64,000 bases of DNA from Diplonema japonicum. Taxonomy: Eukaryota > Protista > Euglenozoa: Diplonemea. The stretch is from contig OZ025694.1 in assembly GCA_964019335.1 (NCBI GenBank), positions 476,324 through 540,323 of the forward strand, in the 5' to 3' direction. The stretch's first letter is position 1. The number at the start of each line of letters is the position of its first letter. The position numbers and the translations under genes are program-made. This document shows positions 11,762 to 23,062 of the stretch, piece after piece. The notes under the pieces are model-generated. The model had not been told where the DNA came from and did not search any database. It saw only the letters and a program-made list of their open reading frames with translations.

Positions 11762-13150
11762 GCAGCACAACTTTCCTGACATTAACAACAAAGAAAGGCG
11801 GAAGTAAAAAAAATGAAAAGCAGCCGAACCTACATTCCGAGTAACAAAAAAACAAAAACAAAACAACCGCTAAGATTTGATTTTTCCACTTAAATCGTGG
11901 CAAGCCGCAACCTTCCAAATGTTTGTGTGTCGCTTCCCAAGGGTTTAACATGGTTGTCGTGTTCGCGGGCTTTCTCTTTAGTTGAAACTGACTTTAGTGA
12001 ACAAGCTCCCCACCCATGTGAAGCGAAGCAAGTCGTACTAGTTAACCACTGCAAGGCCAATGTGCTGTGTTCCTTGTATACCTTTGTAATGTCGTATGTA
12101 ATTTTCCATGAATCTATCGACCATCAAACACCCGCGTTAGGCTTTCTCCTAGATTACAACATCCTAGTTTGAGGCAGCCTTCCAAGCACCCCTATCTTCT
12201 TCTGTTTCTTAAAGTGAATAAAGCCCTTCGTTGCACGCCGCCGTGTTTCGGGAGGAGAGACAAGAATGAGGCAGACCTTGTCACCAGCTGTTCCAAGCAG
12301 AGCAGCTGTCACCATGCTATCATGTTACTTATGGTTCAGTGTGGTCGAACTTGTGTTACATTAAAAGATCGAGTTTCTTATTTATTATTTTTTAGGGCGC
12401 CGCCAATACCGGCCTCCTATAAAATATATTATTTTCCTCTCTCAAATTCCTTTTTTTTTATTCCCCACATCTTCTTTTTTTTAGAGCATTGCACAATCCT
12501 CTTTCAGTATAGAGGCTGCATGTCTACACAGCTGACTCATGAATTCACAACATCTATTTTATTTTAAGAAATGATAATAGACTTGTTTCTCTTTGTGCCG
12601 AGAAAAGATTTATTTCCGGCTTTTTTTTTTTTTCAAAGGGCGCCGCCAACACCGGCCTCCTTTAACTCATGTATATTTTTTTACCTTTGCTTTCCCCCTT
12701 TACTACGGGCGAAAAACAAGAAAAAAAAACGACAAGTTTACCAAGGTATTTCCGAGCGCAGAAACGCATACCTTAAAAGAATAGTTTTCTTTCTCTTCCC
12801 CCTGCTAACTCCCTGCAAGAAAAAAGGAAGGAGATAAAAGAAAAAGAAAACCTCTTTCTTTTTGCGATCTTCCTATTATTCGTCAGTTTTTTGATCGAAG
12901 CAGTACTTTGAATCAGAATCTTTTTGTTTTCTTTCTTTCTCGCAGCACCGTAAATGGCTCTGGCTGGCCATAGAGGAATTCTTGTGAAAGATCTTAAGAA
13001 ATCCTGCAAAGGTTGGCTTGAGAAGATTTTGACATATCACGGAGGCATCGTTTTTGAATTTTCGAAAAAGAAAATTGTGGTCACTCTTGAAGGCTACAAG
13101 CACCCACCCCCATGCGCCATTTGACTGACCTTGACGTTAAAAGATCGGGT
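11637..13150 (+). repeat. Condensed segmental duplicate of 3229-~7710
   Basis: 11637-~12550 matches 3229-~4355, 12564-~13090 matches 6091-~6840, and ~13095-13150 matches ~7653-7710, with internal deletions. Confidence 0.9.
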
Positions 13151-13224
13151 TTTTTTTTTCTTCTTCTATTTTTGTTCGTTTCCAGCACTGGAAAAACATC
13201 ATAAAAGGGAGATATTATTTCAAC

Positions 13225-13877
13225 ATGAAGTTTGCCTTACTATTAACATTGTGTGCGGCTGCTGCTGCCATCGAAGATTTGAGCGACGTACGAGTGCTGA
13301 CGGACTCTACCTTCGAACATGACACGCAAGCGGCTTCTGGAGCAACGACGGGGAACTGGTTCGTCCTGTTCTACGCCCCGTGGTGCGGCTGGTGCAAGAG
13401 GATAGCCCCTGACTGGGAACTCCTTGCTTCAGAGGTGAAGGGGGAGTTCTCTGTCGCAAAGATCGATGCCACACAGAACATGCTGACCCCAGCCAGGTTT
13501 GGTGTCAAGGCCTACCCCATGCTCATCCTCTTCTCGCATAACAAGATGTACAAGTACGAAGGGCAGCGTAGCTACGATGAGCTTCTTGAGTTCTCTAGAA
13601 ACGGTTACAAGTCAGCCACAGGCGTCCCCGTACCACCCGAGAAGTTCTTCGTCATACAGTACGCAGAGTTGTTCGGGGCCGAGCTTGCTGTATGACACCT
13701 TTTCCAAAAGGAAAAAAAAACAAAAGAAACAAATAAACACAGCGTGCCGTTGAAGAGGATCCCAACACCCTTCTCGCCACCGTCGCTGGGAGCGCCATCG
13801 CAGGGCTGCTCATTGCTTGGATTTTTATCGCTTGTTTTGGTTTGTGGCATTTTTTAAGAAGAAATAAAGAAGAATAA
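13225..13877 (+). CDS. TMX-like membrane thioredoxin/PDI-family protein (intron 13690-13742)
   Basis: Signal peptide, LTDSTFEHDTQA, FYAPWCGWCK. Splicing a 53-nt GT..CAG intron gives an in-frame TM helix and an RRNKEE* tail. Confidence 0.9.
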
Positions 13878-14078
13878 ATCAACTTTATTTTTTTTTACAG
13901 GGAAGAAGATAGCACCGAAGGCAAAAGACGAGTGACGAATGAAAAGAAAATGAAAAGGAAGAAGGGGATAGGGGGGGGGAATGACAAAAATAAAATAAAA
14001 TAAAGTAAAAACGAGAGATCTTCTTTTCATTTTTTTGTTCTTTTTTTCTTTCCCCCCCCCCAAATCGTAAGGAAAATA

Positions 14079-15686
14079 ATGTTGCTCAATCATGCTGGAA
14101 ACCAAGTTGGGAAGGAAAGGCAGGTGCTGGACGGGATGGGGGACAGGCCGGCACTGCCGATGGTGCGGTTCATGCTGGGTACGATATTGGTGATGGTGCC
14201 GCTGGGGCAGGTGCTTTGCTGGGCAAGACTGAGGACTACGCTGCAGAGGTATTTGGAATACAAGTCGGAGGGAGGCACCATCGAGTCAATGGAACCAGTC
14301 ACCATCTGCACGTGGGTGTCCTTCGCTCTGTCCACAGCCGTCTTCGGCAGGCTGGTTGAGATGTCTAGAAGTCCCAAATCAGTAGCTCTTGTAGGTGCTG
14401 CCATAGGCGGTCTCGCGCTGATGCTGTCTTCTCTATGCACTTCAGTGGCGTCCATCAGCTTCTGCTATGGTGTGCTTCTAGGCATCTCGTGCGGAGCATA
14501 CATCGTCCCCCTCTACTATGTCACGCAATGCTTCCCCCACACCTTGGGCGTCATGATGGGCTTCGCGACTGCCTGCTTTGCTACCGGTGAGATTGTCATG
14601 TACTACCTTATGGGGTACCTCCTCGACCTCACGGAGCTCCCACTCAACGCCGGAGAGGAGATTCCTTATGAGAACTTCAAGAAGGTCCCCTCCATGTTCA
14701 GGTACATTGCGATCTTGTATCTGGTGTCTGTGTTGCTGGGCGGGTTCCTGCTCCCCGAGCCGAAGGAGATCATGTTGAGGGGCATTGCGTTGGGCCCCAT
14801 GGGACACTTCACCTTCGGCGCGGAGGAGAAACGAACGGACAAGTTCAGGATGTTGAAGAAATGGTATTTCTGGTTGCTTCCGTTGATGGCTTTTGTGGGG
14901 TTCTTGGCAGGGACACTGGTGGTGACGAACTATGTGGATGTTGGGGTGCAGCTCACGAACCTTTCAAGGGACGCGTCTGCCAGCGTGGGCGACTGGGCAG
15001 TCATCGCAGGCATAGTAGGACGGCTGATATGGGGCATGGTGTCAGATGCTTTTGGGTACCACTATGCGCTGCTTGCTGTGTCTGTGCTTATGGGCTCGTT
15101 CGTCATTTCTTTTGGATTCATCCACGACACTGGGCTGTTTCACATGTGGGCGTGCTTCCTGTACTTTTCATGGGCTGGCAACGCTGCCGTCCTTCCGACA
15201 GCCGTCGCTGAGTTATTTGGGAAGTCCGACTTTGCCTTTCACTTCCCGGTTGCCTTTATTGCAGCGTGTCTTGGGATCGTCATGTCCATCTTACTTTCGA
15301 CACCATTCGTGAACTCGTTTGACGGGCAGACCTCGCTCATGGTGATGGCGTTTTTGTGCGGTTGTTCAAACCTGTTGATCTTCCCTGTTAGGTATTTCTG
15401 CACGAATTTGGAAGGGGAGCAGGTTTCTTCCCCTACCGATGGAACGCAGTCCGGGCTGCTTTCTCGCACTCATCAGAGCCAGTGCGGGCCTGCGAACGGT
15501 GGTGGTGCGCCTAACCTTACGGGGACGACAAATATTTCGTCTTCTGCGAATAGTTCGAACGAACAGCCTGATCCTTATTACTTCTCTGCGTTCCGGCAGT
15601 TCAGTCGGGTGTCTGAGTCTGCTTCTCCCAAAACCCACCCAAAGCGCTTCAGTACGCTCCCTGGCGCTTTTGCGTTGGCTGAGTAG
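14079..15686 (+). CDS. MFS transporter (OFA/MCT-like)
   Basis: About 12 hydrophobic segments; GRLIWGMVSDAFG motif-A-like loop. Confidence 0.88.
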   Translation: MLLNHAGNQVGKERQVLDGMGDRPALPMVRFMLGTILVMVPLGQVLCWARLRTTLQRYLEYKSEGGTIESMEPVTICTWVSFALSTAVFGRLVEMSRSPKSVALVGAAIGGLALMLSSLCTSVASISFCYGVLLGISCGAYIVPLYYVTQCFPHTLGVMMGFATACFATGEIVMYYLMGYLLDLTELPLNAGEEIPYENFKKVPSMFRYIAILYLVSVLLGGFLLPEPKEIMLRGIALGPMGHFTFGAEEKRTDKFRMLKKWYFWLLPLMAFVGFLAGTLVVTNYVDVGVQLTNLSRDASASVGDWAVIAGIVGRLIWGMVSDAFGYHYALLAVSVLMGSFVISFGFIHDTGLFHMWACFLYFSWAGNAAVLPTAVAELFGKSDFAFHFPVAFIAACLGIVMSILLSTPFVNSFDGQTSLMVMAFLCGCSNLLIFPVRYFCTNLEGEQVSSPTDGTQSGLLSRTHQSQCGPANGGGAPNLTGTTNISSSANSSNEQPDPYYFSAFRQFSRVSESASPKTHPKRFSTLPGAFALAE

Positions 15687-16536
15687 TTGGGGTCGTTTCC
15701 CCCCCCCTCATCCTAGAAGTGTTTTTTTTTTCGCCCCGGTTTTGCTGGAACAAGTAAACAAATTTTTGAAAAGAATTGTTATTGCAAAAAAGAGTAGAGG
15801 CAGCTTGTCCGTTTATCCCTACTGTAGGCGAAAACGGCTTGCACAAACAAAAATATGGCTTGCGCAGACATCGACCCGTCTGAGTTGTCGGTTATGCTAT
15901 ATGCCGGCTTGCACAAACAATCAGCCGACTCTTTTTTTTTTCTTCTTTCAATTGTTCTAAAATCACCTCTCCCCCCTAGGATCTCATAAAGATGAGTTGA
16001 ATCCCACGCTTTTTTAATATGTCCCAAAAAAGGAAAAAAAGAACAGAAGATTTGCCCCATAGTTTTCTTTCTATTTTTTTTCCTCTATTTTCTTTTTCTA
16101 TTTTTTTATGTGTAATGAACAAGAGAGAACAACGTGTTATTGTAATTACCAGAAAAAAGAAGGAAAAAAAGAGAAAGAAAGGCAGCATTATGCGTTACAA
16201 GTAATCTCTTAAATTAAAGGTAAGATTAAGAATTTGTAACCGCAGCTATTACGGGGAGTATATGGGTAGGCAACTGCGGGGGGGGGTTCGTTTTCTCTCT
16301 CTTTTTTTCCCGGGTCGTTGCTAAAAACCCCCTTCCCCCAAGTGCTAAGAAACGAGGACGTACCTCAAGGAAAGAAAAACCACATGGGTGTCTTCATTTA
16401 AGTGGGCTAAAGGTGTGCTTCGCTCAAGAATTCAAGTATTTGTTTCTTCCGTTTTTCGTCTTCTTCTTCTTCTTTTTTTCTTTTGCCACCTATCACTAAA
16501 CTTAACAAAAGGGTTTTGTTGTCACCCAAGAAAGAT

Positions 16537-19500
16537 ATGTCGAGCACCAAGAGGAAGGTAGAGCTGACGGGAGAACTGTGGTACTCCTTAAGCAATGAAG
16601 GGCAGAAGATGAACTGTCATGTGAGCATACACAAGGGGGAGAAGGTGGTTAGGATTAGGTCGGCGGGGGCGAAGAGGAAGGTGGTTTTTGAGAAGAGGTA
16701 CACCTCATTGAACATGCTGTCGACTTTCAGCCACATGCAGCAGGCTCCCGTAAAGGTTCCCGGGCAGGCAAAGTGGTATTATTTAGTGCTGAATGTGAAG
16801 CCTGAAGGAAGGTTCCCCAGCGAAGTGATCATCTTGTCGACAAACAAGCAGATTGAATACAAAAAGTGGGAAGCGTTCCTCAGGTCCGAAGGTGAGGAAA
16901 TTGCCAAGCGCCCCCCGCCCCAGACCATGACGATTCCTCCCACTGACCTGAAAGTACAGATTGCAGCGCTCCAAGCGGAGCGTAACCTCCTGAAGTCCCA
17001 GCTTCGTGGGTCCGATCTCGAGACTCCTGCAGCACTTCAGATCGCATGTGAAGAAGAAGCCGCGCGCAACGTGCTCCACTCAGCTTACACGGACACCATG
17101 TCGTCCTTGTGCATGGTTCTTGCTGGCATCTTCTCCAGAGAGCTCTATGACCATAAGAAAAACATAACGTACAGCGCCAGTGCCTTGACAGGCTATCAGA
17201 GAAAGCTCGAAGACTACTCTCATTCCATCAAGGGTTTCTCACCCAGCCCATCGCGGTCCCCTCAGCTCGCCTGTTCTTCCCCCCGCCAGCCCCACTCCCC
17301 GATGTCCCCGAAGACAGACGACGTTTTGAAGCGCGATAACCTGCTCGAAGCAGCCGAGAACCTCTTGAGAAACGAGTCACGCCAGCGTTCTACAAAGTGG
17401 CTAGTTACCGATACCGTCTCTGTGAAGTCCATCGTTAACGGCGCAGTTTTGAAGGTCCTGCACAGGGGCGATGTCATTGATGTGATTAGAAGGGAACAAG
17501 GCAAGGCATGTGTCTTCGTGACAGTCGAAGGTGTCCTAGCGGAGGACACCATCATCAAGAAGGGAGGCATCACACGCATCAGCACCGACACGGTGCTTCA
17601 AATGGAAACCACGCAGCACGTCCTGCAGGAGGGCTGCAAGATAAACATTTTGTTAGGATTTTCTGTGTCGGTGGATCTGGAAGGCTGGGTGGATGTGACG
17701 GGTGTGATGGAACCTGTTTTAGGAGATGGCTGGATTGTTGCAAGCAAGGAAGGAGTGGCTGTGAGAGCATCATCCAGCCCCACAGCGTACGCCATGAGCA
17801 CCTTGCAATTTGGCACTGTGGTGCAGGTTTCTGAAGCTACAGGAGGCAGTGTGCGTATTGTCTCCCCCATCATAGGTTGGGCATCCGTCGAAGAAGGTGG
17901 ACGGCTCATGCTTGAGCGAGCCTGTGCACGCCGACAGGGAGACCTTGAGACGCAACTGCAGACGGCACAAGCCCGCATCAGGGAGTTGGAAGGATTAAAT
18001 GCATCTCTAGCAGCCAAGGCAGACTTGATGTCAGGGACGTTAGATGCAAAAGAGGAACAACTACAGAACATCAACAAAGAGTACGGCAAACTGAAGAAGG
18101 ATCTTGATACGTGCAGAACTGAGACGGGACATGCTCGAGGACATGCAACAGAACAAAGCAGGATGGTCGAAGAGCTGCACGAGAAACTTGTTGTCAGGAT
18201 TGAGGAAGTGGCTACGGTGAAGTCTGAAATGGAATCACTGCAAGACCAGCACCAAAAGACCTGCATTGAGGTGGAACACAGCAAACGCCTCGCGCTACAG
18301 GAACAGGAACAAGCCTTAAGCGACAGAGATGCTGCTGTCACAGAAAGCGAGCGCCTGAGAGCAGAAGTGACAGAGATGACTGAGAAGCTCATTGAGACGG
18401 AAGAGCTGCTGATTGAAGCGGCAGCACAGCATGTGACCGTCGAAGAGGAGCATAGTCACCAGCTTGCTGTGAAGCAACTTATCGAAGAAGAGCAAAGCAC
18501 CATGTTACGGATCATGAAGGACGAGGCGTATGTTACGAGGCACATGCTGCTTGACACGATGCTTGCCATGGGGCAGTTCTCGGTGCGGGGCAGGAACGAG
18601 GCACGTGCCTTGCAAAAAGAAATAGAAGATGCTGTCACCACATACCGTGAAGCGCAGCAGCTGCAGGATGGTAAGCTGGCCGAGTCATACTGCGTGCGTG
18701 ACAGCATGAATGAGAGAATAACAGAATTAGAGACCGAAGCACGTGCGCTGTGTGCGAGTTTCGAGGGGTGCATCGATGAACACAAGGCGGCAAAGGAGCG
18801 TGATGTGCATGAAAAAGAACTACTGCACTTGACAATTGATGAGATGGCGCAGCGTAGGGCGCTGCACGGTAACGAATCAGAAGATAGGATTGCCCTCTAC
18901 CTTGAGCACCAGGAGGCAGTGGAGCGTGACCTTGCAGACACGCGCCTGGAGCTGCAGGATGCTGCTGAGAACGCGGAGGAGGCGGGCAATAGGTTGCTTC
19001 TATCGAAGCAGTCGGAGTACGGAGTTAACAAGCAGATCCGGGAGTTACAGAGGGAGTGTGCTGAACTGAAATCTGACCTGTTCAACGAGAGGGACCAGCA
19101 CGTGACGGGACAGCAGGACATGCGTCGGTTAGTTGCGAGCAAGGAGGACAAGTACAAAGAAGCCGTGGCAACTATCAAGGAGCTAGAAACCCGTGTTATG
19201 AACATGCAGATCAAGGACGCCTCACAGCAGGCACAAATGGCTCAGCTCAAGAAAACCGCAAGGATGCACAGCCGGCTGCATGAAGAGCTAGTGTGTGCCT
19301 TCGGTCAGGGAGATGCGTTGGAAAAGGTGAAGCACCTGAAGGCAACCCTGGGCGAGAGAGAAACGAGGGAGAAGCAACTGTTGCAAGAAATGGCTAAGTT
19401 TGAGGTGGAGAAGTCAGTATCGATGGCTCTGCGTGAGCAGCTGTCGGCAGTTGAGAGCCAAAAACAGAAGATTGCCAAGCAGCTCACGCGGCAAGTGACG

Positions 19501-19869
19501 GAGCTGGAAGGGAAGTGCCGTGCAAAGGACGATGAAATAATGAAACTAGAGGAGTGGTCCATGCAGCAAGCATGCCAACAGGCCATGGACATGGAGAACA
19601 GATGGAAGGACCCGCTGCATGTGAATAAGATAACCGAGCTATCGAAAAGAGCGGAAATAGCAGAAAAGAGTGAATGGTTGCTGCACAGGGAAAACAGCAT
19701 CATGAAACAGCAGCTGCAGAAGTATGAGTTGAAATGCAAGGCGATGCGTTCTGTGTCTTCACATGTTGCACGCACCACCTTCGAGGACACCCCCAAGAGC
19801 ACCACAACGTGCAGGTATGGTTCACACTCACAACACTCGTCAACAGCCGCACGAGAGGCCGTGCTTTGA
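16537..19869 (+). CDS. Large coiled-coil protein with N-terminal PH-like and SH3b-like segments
   Basis: Long E/K/Q/L heptad region; GVAVRASSSPT...VRIVSPIIGWAS resembles an SH3b-type module. First ATG is at 16537. Confidence 0.75.
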   Translation: MSSTKRKVELTGELWYSLSNEGQKMNCHVSIHKGEKVVRIRSAGAKRKVVFEKRYTSLNMLSTFSHMQQAPVKVPGQAKWYYLVLNVKPEGRFPSEVIILSTNKQIEYKKWEAFLRSEGEEIAKRPPPQTMTIPPTDLKVQIAALQAERNLLKSQLRGSDLETPAALQIACEEEAARNVLHSAYTDTMSSLCMVLAGIFSRELYDHKKNITYSASALTGYQRKLEDYSHSIKGFSPSPSRSPQLACSSPRQPHSPMSPKTDDVLKRDNLLEAAENLLRNESRQRSTKWLVTDTVSVKSIVNGAVLKVLHRGDVIDVIRREQGKACVFVTVEGVLAEDTIIKKGGITRISTDTVLQMETTQHVLQEGCKINILLGFSVSVDLEGWVDVTGVMEPVLGDGWIVASKEGVAVRASSSPTAYAMSTLQFGTVVQVSEATGGSVRIVSPIIGWASVEEGGRLMLERACARRQGDLETQLQTAQARIRELEGLNASLAAKADLMSGTLDAKEEQLQNINKEYGKLKKDLDTCRTETGHARGHATEQSRMVEELHEKLVVRIEEVATVKSEMESLQDQHQKTCIEVEHSKRLALQEQEQALSDRDAAVTESERLRAEVTEMTEKLIETEELLIEAAAQHVTVEEEHSHQLAVKQLIEEEQSTMLRIMKDEAYVTRHMLLDTMLAMGQFSVRGRNEARALQKEIEDAVTTYREAQQLQDGKLAESYCVRDSMNERITELETEARALCASFEGCIDEHKAAKERDVHEKELLHLTIDEMAQRRALHGNESEDRIALYLEHQEAVERDLADTRLELQDAAENAEEAGNRLLLSKQSEYGVNKQIRELQRECAELKSDLFNERDQHVTGQQDMRRLVASKEDKYKEAVATIKELETRVMNMQIKDASQQAQMAQLKKTARMHSRLHEELVCAFGQGDALEKVKHLKATLGERETREKQLLQEMAKFEVEKSVSMALREQLSAVESQKQKIAKQLTRQVTELEGKCRAKDDEIMKLEEWSMQQACQQAMDMENRWKDPLHVNKITELSKRAEIAEKSEWLLHRENSIMKQQLQKYELKCKAMRSVSSHVARTTFEDTPKSTTTCRYGSHSQHSSTAAREAVL

Positions 19870-19998
19870 GCTTCACGACGACACCACTGGAGCCCTCCGT
19901 GCCCTTCCCTTAGAATATAGAACTTTATTAGAGTTTAGTATAATAGACTATTGTGACAGTATAAATTATTGTGTTCAAAACTAAACCTATCAGGAGGG

Positions 19999-20961
19999 AT
20001 GGCTGTGCTACAGAGATTTCTGGCATGCCAGCTGACAAGGCCGCAAGCGGTACGTGTGTCGAAGTGGTATGAGAGCATGACCGCACATGGAAACGACGAG
20101 AAAGGAGAGCTTTTAGAAGCCATGTGCAAGGGGCTGATGCAGGAGGAGGGGTATGAACACGCGGGCCCATGGTTAAGGGGACACGTGACTGGGGTGAGAA
20201 TGAAGCCCCCTACCAAAGGTCAGAAGGGGTGCGGTGATGTGATATCTAGCTTGACGGGGAAGCCTTACTGGGAGCTTGAAGAGGCAGGGGTGACAGATGA
20301 AGCGCTGCGGCAAATGGCAGATGCGGCACAAGCGGATTTGCAGCATACGAAGGAGCACGATGCGTCGTTGTTCCAGCCCTACAGGAACCCTATGGACATG
20401 TGCGAGCCAGGTGCACAGCAGGACGACCTCGGGGGGATGGCGACGACGTCGGGGCATTGGAACGTGTCGTACCTAGACATAGGGGAGGAGACGGGCAGGG
20501 AGCAAGCATCCTTCAGCACCACGCTGCAGAAGGTCAACGACGTGGTGCCTAATGGGTTTGGACACACTTTCATGTCGTGCTTGGCACCGCGCACGAACAT
20601 CATGCCGCACTATGGGCCTACCAACAAAAAGCTTAGGCTGTACCTACCTGTGGTGGTCAAGGGAGACTGCGGGCTGCGTGTCGGCGGTGTGACCAAGCAC
20701 CTCATGGAGGGTGTGGCCATCCTCTTCGACGACTCCTTCCTCCACAGCGCGTGGAACAACACTGACGCATCGAGGTTCGTTCTCATCACAGACGTGTGGC
20801 ACCCTGACCTCTCCCGTGCAGAGGTTGCACTGCTTTCTATGATGCACACTCTGAACGAGCGGTTGGTCAAGACAATGCCGAACAACCCTTATCAGGTGAT
20901 GCAGAGCGCACGGCAGGCCGCTGTAGAACCCACACAATTGTGGGCCGGGTGGGGCTTATGA
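19999..20961 (+). CDS. Aspartyl/asparaginyl beta-hydroxylase-like 2OG-Fe(II) oxygenase
   Basis: IMPHYGPTN-K-LR, FDDSFLHSAWN and RFVLITDVWHP. Confidence 0.9.
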   Translation: MAVLQRFLACQLTRPQAVRVSKWYESMTAHGNDEKGELLEAMCKGLMQEEGYEHAGPWLRGHVTGVRMKPPTKGQKGCGDVISSLTGKPYWELEEAGVTDEALRQMADAAQADLQHTKEHDASLFQPYRNPMDMCEPGAQQDDLGGMATTSGHWNVSYLDIGEETGREQASFSTTLQKVNDVVPNGFGHTFMSCLAPRTNIMPHYGPTNKKLRLYLPVVVKGDCGLRVGGVTKHLMEGVAILFDDSFLHSAWNNTDASRFVLITDVWHPDLSRAEVALLSMMHTLNERLVKTMPNNPYQVMQSARQAAVEPTQLWAGWGL

Positions 20962-21101
20962 TGATATCACACATCTCATCTTTCATGCTTCGATTAGACG
21001 CTTTTTGTTTGGGTTTTGATTCTTTCTTTCCCCTCTTAGAAATCCCTTATTAAACTAAAAGGAGAGCAAGAAAAAAGAAAAAGAAAGAAAAAAAGAAAGA
21101 G

Positions 21102-21863
21102 ATGCGAACGATCGTGAGCCTGCTGCTAGCGGGGTGCGTGGCGGCTGTCGACGAGTGCATCATACAAACGTCGGACGGGAACACGCTGGACCTCAGCGGG
21201 CTGCCTATGCAGGTCTTTAAGATGCAGTCGGCACCTTGGAACGACGTGGAAACCCTGTCATTCGGCTGGTGCCAGAAGTCGGTGTTGGCAACTAACGTAC
21301 CGGAAGGAATGACGCCGTGCTCCGGGTATCCTTTCTACTTCACGAAACATGCCGCGTCAGGGCACTGCGACCAGCTTCTACCGGAGTGGAAGGGGAGCCA
21401 GGTAAAGATGGAAAACGATGGGTACACAGTCACGTACACAATTGCAGACACAGCAGGTTATGTGACAGCAACCTTCACGTTGAAATGCGACAAAGATATG
21501 GAGCCCGAAGAGATTGTGTGTGACCCTTCTGTGAGAAATGGGTGTTATCTTAATAGGGAAAACGGGCCAACAACGGGCACGTACGTCTTCGAGACGAGCT
21601 TCCTGACTGGCGCTACGTGCCCACAGCCCTCTTCCTCCTCCTCCTCGGCGTGTGGCGGTGGATGTGCCTTCCTCATTATTTTCTTCGTTGGCGGCTTCCT
21701 CTATCTCGCAGGTGGCATGGCGTACAATTTCAAGTTCAAGGAACAGCGTGGTGTGGATATGATCCCTAACCAGGAATTCTGGAAGTCCATCCCCTCTCTC
21801 ACTAAAGATGGTGCTGTGTTCCTTGGGGGTAAAATAAAGGATTTGGTTAGTGGGAATAAATAG
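21102..21863 (+). CDS. Mannose-6-phosphate receptor / ATG27-like type I membrane protein
   Basis: Signal peptide, Cys-patterned MRH-like ectodomain, TM, then the tail G-DMIPN-EFW-SIPSL-KDG. Confidence 0.88.
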   Translation: MRTIVSLLLAGCVAAVDECIIQTSDGNTLDLSGLPMQVFKMQSAPWNDVETLSFGWCQKSVLATNVPEGMTPCSGYPFYFTKHAASGHCDQLLPEWKGSQVKMENDGYTVTYTIADTAGYVTATFTLKCDKDMEPEEIVCDPSVRNGCYLNRENGPTTGTYVFETSFLTGATCPQPSSSSSSACGGGCAFLIIFFVGGFLYLAGGMAYNFKFKEQRGVDMIPNQEFWKSIPSLTKDGAVFLGGKIKDLVSGNK

Positions 21864-23062
21864 AAAGAGAAAAAAAATGGGGGGAAAGGTGTAAAGATTT
21901 GAGAGGGGGGGGGGGGGGGGGGGGGGAGGAGGAAATACGGTTCTTTCCTTCCCCATATTTTCTTATAAAAAACCGTGTGCATTGTCATTTTTTAAAAGAT
22001 CTTCTTTTTATTTTTACTCAGTCCGGAGTGACTGGGGGATTTTGTTCTTCTTTTCTGTTTGAGCAAAGTGCCTGAACAAACACACCTTCCGAATATGATA
22101 CCAGTGGCAGCTAGGTCATCGCAAATGCCCCTATGTAAGTGTTTATTTCTTTTTATTGTGCTGCAACACTCTTCCGCTCTTTGATGCGGTTCCATCTCTT
22201 TTTCTTTTCTTAGTCTGGAGAAACGGTCCTACCTTCGCTTTTCTTTTTCCTTTTTTCGAACCACGTGCATTGCGACTTTTGAACGAAGGTATGACGCACA
22301 CTGTGCACGAAGCTGCGTGGCATAGACTCGAAGGAACAAAAAGATGTTTGCTCGCTGTGGTGGAGAGCGGTACGCAGCCCTTCAAGCAAAGAGGCAGGAG
22401 GTGGTCAGATAGGTAGTGGGCGAGAACAAAGGGCGTCTCACAACGATTTCCTTTACCACTCATATGTATTATTTTCTCTCAAGAATTGTGCTTTTCAAAG
22501 AGGTTTACAAAAATATAAAACGCTACTTTTTTTTTTCGTTTTTGTTTTTTGAGCTGCAGACCTTTTCAAGCATCGAACATGCAATGCAAACCCAGAAAAG
22601 AGAAAGCTCAGCTCGGATGGTTTCATTTATCTATTCTCTCTTTCTCTCCCTTTTTTTTTTTTTTTACCCGCTTCATGAAGATCGCACCAGAGGGCTTTAT
22701 CTTTTTAATCTTTGTTTGTTTTTCTTTCCTTCTGTTCTTCTTGATTCCCCCACCTTGTTTTTGCGAAAGGTAAAGTAGGAATGACCAAACCAAGTTTGCC
22801 CATAAGCTGGTACCTGGCTGCTTCGGGGTGTGCCGGGAACGTGGGAGAGGTGTGCTGTTTTATTTTTGTTGACTTGTCTATTTTTTTAGCCCCCCCTTTT
22901 TTTTTCTTTTGTTCTGTCTCTCTCCTTTAGTAAAACAAAAAAACACAAATAAAAAAATAACATTGTGGAAGTGTGGTGTGTCCCCCCTCTTTTTCTTCTT
23001 TCTGAGTTCCCTTTTTTATGCCCCCCCACATTTCTTCCTTTTTCTGACAACCAACAGTAAAA

